In this document: piece after piece, positions 61,468 through 64,000 of the stretch | Layout of the letters: every line of letters begins with the position of its first letter | How positions within the stretch are numbered: the stretch's first letter is position 1 | NCBI GenBank assembly: GCA_039815185.1 | Contig: JBCBZT010000012.1 | Location: forward strand, 32,001-96,000 | Direction: 5' to 3' | From: Cyanobacteria bacterium P01_A01_bin.123 | GTDB lineage: Bacteria; Cyanobacteriota; Cyanobacteriia; Phormidesmidales; Phormidesmidaceae | Length of the DNA stretch: 64,000 nucleotides | The notes under the pieces: generated by a model | The model's input: only the letters and a program-made list of their open reading frames with translations | Database searches by the model: none | What the model was told of the DNA's origin: nothing | Made by a program: the position numbers and the translations under genes

Positions 61468-62226
61468 CTAGAAGTTGACTTTACGATAAGGAACAGACGA
61501 GATGTTGATACTCGCTGTCGTTACCCGAGGCTGGACACCACCCCGATTCGAGATGCTGCGGGCCATGTCGAGATAAAGGGAGGGGTTGCCAGCGGTGGCC
61601 TTCTTCTCCTGAGGGACAAACCGCTTGACTTCGGTCTGCCAAACAATTTGAGGAAAGCCCAAGATAGACCTATAGTACTCGTCGTAACGAGGCAGTTTGA
61701 TATTGGTAGGAAGTTCGCCTTCTGAGCGACCGGGTAGAACCCGCCGCCGCCGATAGGGCACCACGTCATAACCAAAACTTTCTAAATACTCGTCACTATC
61801 GAGCAGCTCATCTACAAAGCCTTTTATCCCTTTGGTCGCGACTTTAATCGACCAGGCAATGGTTTCTTGCTTACTGTAGGCCTGACGGCCCAGGACGCGT
61901 TCAACACATTGCTCAACAAAGCGATAATTACTGTTTTTGGCGTAGAAGCTGTTGTAAAAGGTTTCGGAAAGCAGTAGACCACGAATAAAATCGCGGACGG
62001 TAATTTGCCCATTACGCAACTGAGACTCTAGAAAAGGTTCACGGTCTGCAGCAAAGGCATGGAAGAAAATTTGACGATACGCCGCCTCAATCAAATTGCG
62101 CATATCAGAACTGTCCAAGATGTTCTCAGTGGAGAAAATCCTGGGCTGATCATCACCGGATACTTCGTATCCTTTAACACGCTCGTTCTGGCTGGACGGG
62201 ACATAACTCAATAACGGAAGAGCCAC
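61468..62226 (-). CDS. cpcG: Phycobilisome rod-core linker polypeptide
   Basis: [44 protein letters not shown]; hydrophilic C-terminus (CpcG rather than CpcL). Confidence 0.95.
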   Translation of the reverse strand: MALPLLSYVPSSQNERVKGYEVSGDDQPRIFSTENILDSSDMRNLIEAAYRQIFFHAFAADREPFLESQLRNGQITVRDFIRGLLLSETFYNSFYAKNSNYRFVEQCVERVLGRQAYSKQETIAWSIKVATKGIKGFVDELLDSDEYLESFGYDVVPYRRRRVLPGRSEGELPTNIKLPRYDEYYRSILGFPQIVWQTEVKRFVPQEKKATAGNPSLYLDMARSISNRGGVQPRVTTASINISSVPYRKVNF

Positions 62227-62262
62227 TTCTGAATCTCCACAATCTGAACAATCTGAGGAAAG

Positions 62263-62280
62263 TTTACAAACGTTAACCCT
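62263..62280. promoter_or_regulatory. Possible HLR1 (RpaB-binding) motif upstream of cpcG
   Basis: TTTACAAA-CG-TTAACCCT; the first half matches KTTACAWW, the second half is degenerate. Confidence 0.35.
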
Positions 62281-62342
62281 AATAATAAGGGAGAGGTGAA
62301 CTCTAGCCTAGGCAGATGAGGAAATCATCATAGACCTTAACA

Positions 62343-62666
62343 TTAGTCTTGAGTCTCTACTGAAACCGCTTCGACGTCAATAGTGGGCCCCGTTTCATCT
62401 GAGACTGAGTCAGTTTCGGCGGTTGACGGTTTGACGGAGTTGGGGCCGCCGTTAGTGGTGCTTTCAATCAGCCATTGATAGACACTGGTGGCAAGCAGCA
62501 TAATTAATGCGACATCATCGATCTGCCCCAAGACTGGCAATAGGTCGGGCGATAAATCAAATGGGCTGACTAGATAAAGCACAGTGGCCAAAATCACCCA
62601 ACCTCGATAGCGGGGATTGAAAATTAGGGCACGATACCAGCGATAGAGAGCTTGGGCAGGATTCAT
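62343..62666 (-). CDS. YkvA/DUF1232 family membrane protein
   Basis: YLVSPFDLSPD..PVLGQIDD; start overlaps the stop of the upstream gene. Confidence 0.88.
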   Translation of the reverse strand: MNPAQALYRWYRALIFNPRYRGWVILATVLYLVSPFDLSPDLLPVLGQIDDVALIMLLATSVYQWLIESTTNGGPNSVKPSTAETDSVSDETGPTIDVEAVSVETQD

Positions 62667-64000
62667 TAATTTGTTGTTTCTTGACTGTCTAACGGAACAC
62701 CCCACCAGGCGAGGGCGTAGTCTTGGGAGGGTGCGCTGTTGATTTGCTGGCGATACACCACCCGCAGCTTGTATTGCCCGGTTTCTGGAACTTGAAAGAA
62801 AATATGCTCGACGCTATCCACGTCGCTCTCTGAAGACCAGACGCTATTGCTGATGTCATCTTCATCGGCGGGTAGCAAGTACAGGTCTAGATTGTTTAAC
62901 CCCTGATCGCTAAAGGTTTCGCCCAGATCATAGAGATCGTTCTGATTGCTGTCGTCGAGCACCACCAGTCGATCCCACGCTAGGGTGGCGGCAATAAAGC
63001 TGCCGCCGACTAGGGGTTGGTCGATGCGGTAGTCCTGATAGGGGGTAGCGCTGGTAGCTTCGAGGGTGCTGTAGTTCCAACCGACGGCAGGCACCTGGGT
63101 ATCAGGCGTCCATTGGCCCGCGGCCAGTTGTTGGTAGGCCCGAAAGGCGTTTAAGTGTCCGGTACCGAGTTCAACGTGGAGGGGAATGCGGCGATCGCGA
63201 TAGGCATCGGAATCTAACCAATCGCGATTTCCTTCATCCAACAATGTACGGCTCATGCCAAGGCGTAGGCCGTCTCCTGTATCTTTAAGTTTGTCAGCAG
63301 CGTTAAGCATGACAGCCTTGGTGACCTCTGCCCGCCGGGAATCAAGGCTCCAGTTGGGCACGTCGGCGCGATATTGGCGATCGCCAAATTCTTGCAGCAG
63401 CGCCACCGTAGCCACCACGTGGGGTGCGGCAAAGCTACTGCCGCTACTGACCCGAGTCCTTCCGTCGGGATCAATCAATTCAATGTTGGCCCCAGGGGCG
63501 ACCAAATTAATCGAACGCCGGGGTCCTTCATTGCTCTCTGGCACAGGCGATCGCCCGGATTGCTCAGTCGGTTCACTGGTCAAGTTGGCATAATCAACCC
63601 GTGAAAACTCGCCGTCCACTTCCACCGAAAAGGCTACGTTAATGCCATTAAAGTTATCGGTCGGAATCGGAATACCGCCGCCCCCTTGATTACCGGCGAT
63701 CACATAGAGGATGTCGTGTACCCGATCTGACCAGTCAATACACTGGGTCAACAGCGCATTACCATCCAAAACAGGGTTAGGACGCGGATCGCGCGCCAGA
63801 GACTCGCCAAAACTAAAGTTAATCGCGCGCACATCCCCACCGTTTTGCAGGGCCACATGTTGGGATGCAAGGCATTCCTCAGGCTGACCGCTACGACCTT
63901 GCAGGGGGCCGACTGCTGCAGAGTAAAGCGTCGCATCAGGAGCCACCCCAGTCAGATCCTTAGCCTGACTGATCATCACGCTCGCGACGTTCCCTGCGTG
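62666..64000 (-). CDS. S8 (subtilase) family serine peptidase; 5'-partial
   Basis: Frame is open to the window end (HAGNVASV catalytic His region); AGNQG, LVAPG and SSGSSFAAPHV. Confidence 0.88.
   Translation of the reverse strand, partial: HAGNVASVMISQAKDLTGVAPDATLYSAAVGPLQGRSGQPEECLASQHVALQNGGDVRAINFSFGESLARDPRPNPVLDGNALLTQCIDWSDRVHDILYVIAGNQGGGGIPIPTDNFNGINVAFSVEVDGEFSRVDYANLTSEPTEQSGRSPVPESNEGPRRSINLVAPGANIELIDPDGRTRVSSGSSFAAPHVVATVALLQEFGDRQYRADVPNWSLDSRRAEVTKAVMLNAADKLKDTGDGLRLGMSRTLLDEGNRDWLDSDAYRDRRIPLHVELGTGHLNAFRAYQQLAAGQWTPDTQVPAVGWNYSTLEATSATPYQDYRIDQPLVGGSFIAATLAWDRLVVLDDSNQNDLYDLGETFSDQGLNNLDLYLLPADEDDISNSVWSSESDVDSVEHIFFQVPETGQYKLRVVYRQQINSAPSQDYALAWWGVPLDSQETTN

Noticed and set aside
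1..64000. Numerous 60-180 aa ORFs antisense to or nested in long genes; tRNA and rRNA genes
   Set aside because: The short ORFs are shadow frames without motifs. I recognised no tRNA cloverleaf or rRNA sequence by eye; tRNAscan-SE or barrnap would confirm.

Overview
This is a chromosomal segment of a cyanobacterium: the HIP1 octamer GCGATCGC is frequent, and it carries cpcG, the efp-accB / cyclophilin-thiL cluster, nrtS and a Uma2 gene. Gene content suggests a filamentous Leptolyngbya/Nodosilinea-like strain (inference). About 52 CDS are supported. I found no rRNA, tRNA, CRISPR array, prophage or integrase. Core genes (recA, ltaE, tldD/tldE, accB, efp, thiL, clpP, rsmG, rluD, cpcG) alternate with accessory modules. 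These include the 3' end of a type IIG restriction-modification gene, a Tat-signal metacaspase, and two paralogous giant hybrid kinases flanking a FIST gene. A membrane-anchored PD-(D/E)XK nuclease lies downstream of recA. An intact RAYT transposase carries its REP inside the ORF, and its REP-plus-flank unit is copied twice upstream. The 41.1-45.3 kb region holds an unannotated zinc-ribbon micro-protein that appears to start at ACG, an RHH regulator with a degenerate PIN protein, and three copies of a ~100-bp structured element around a B12 radical SAM gene. A 29-bp tandem array amplifies the 3' end of a small Cys-rich gene. All functional calls come from motif recognition by eye; no searches were run.
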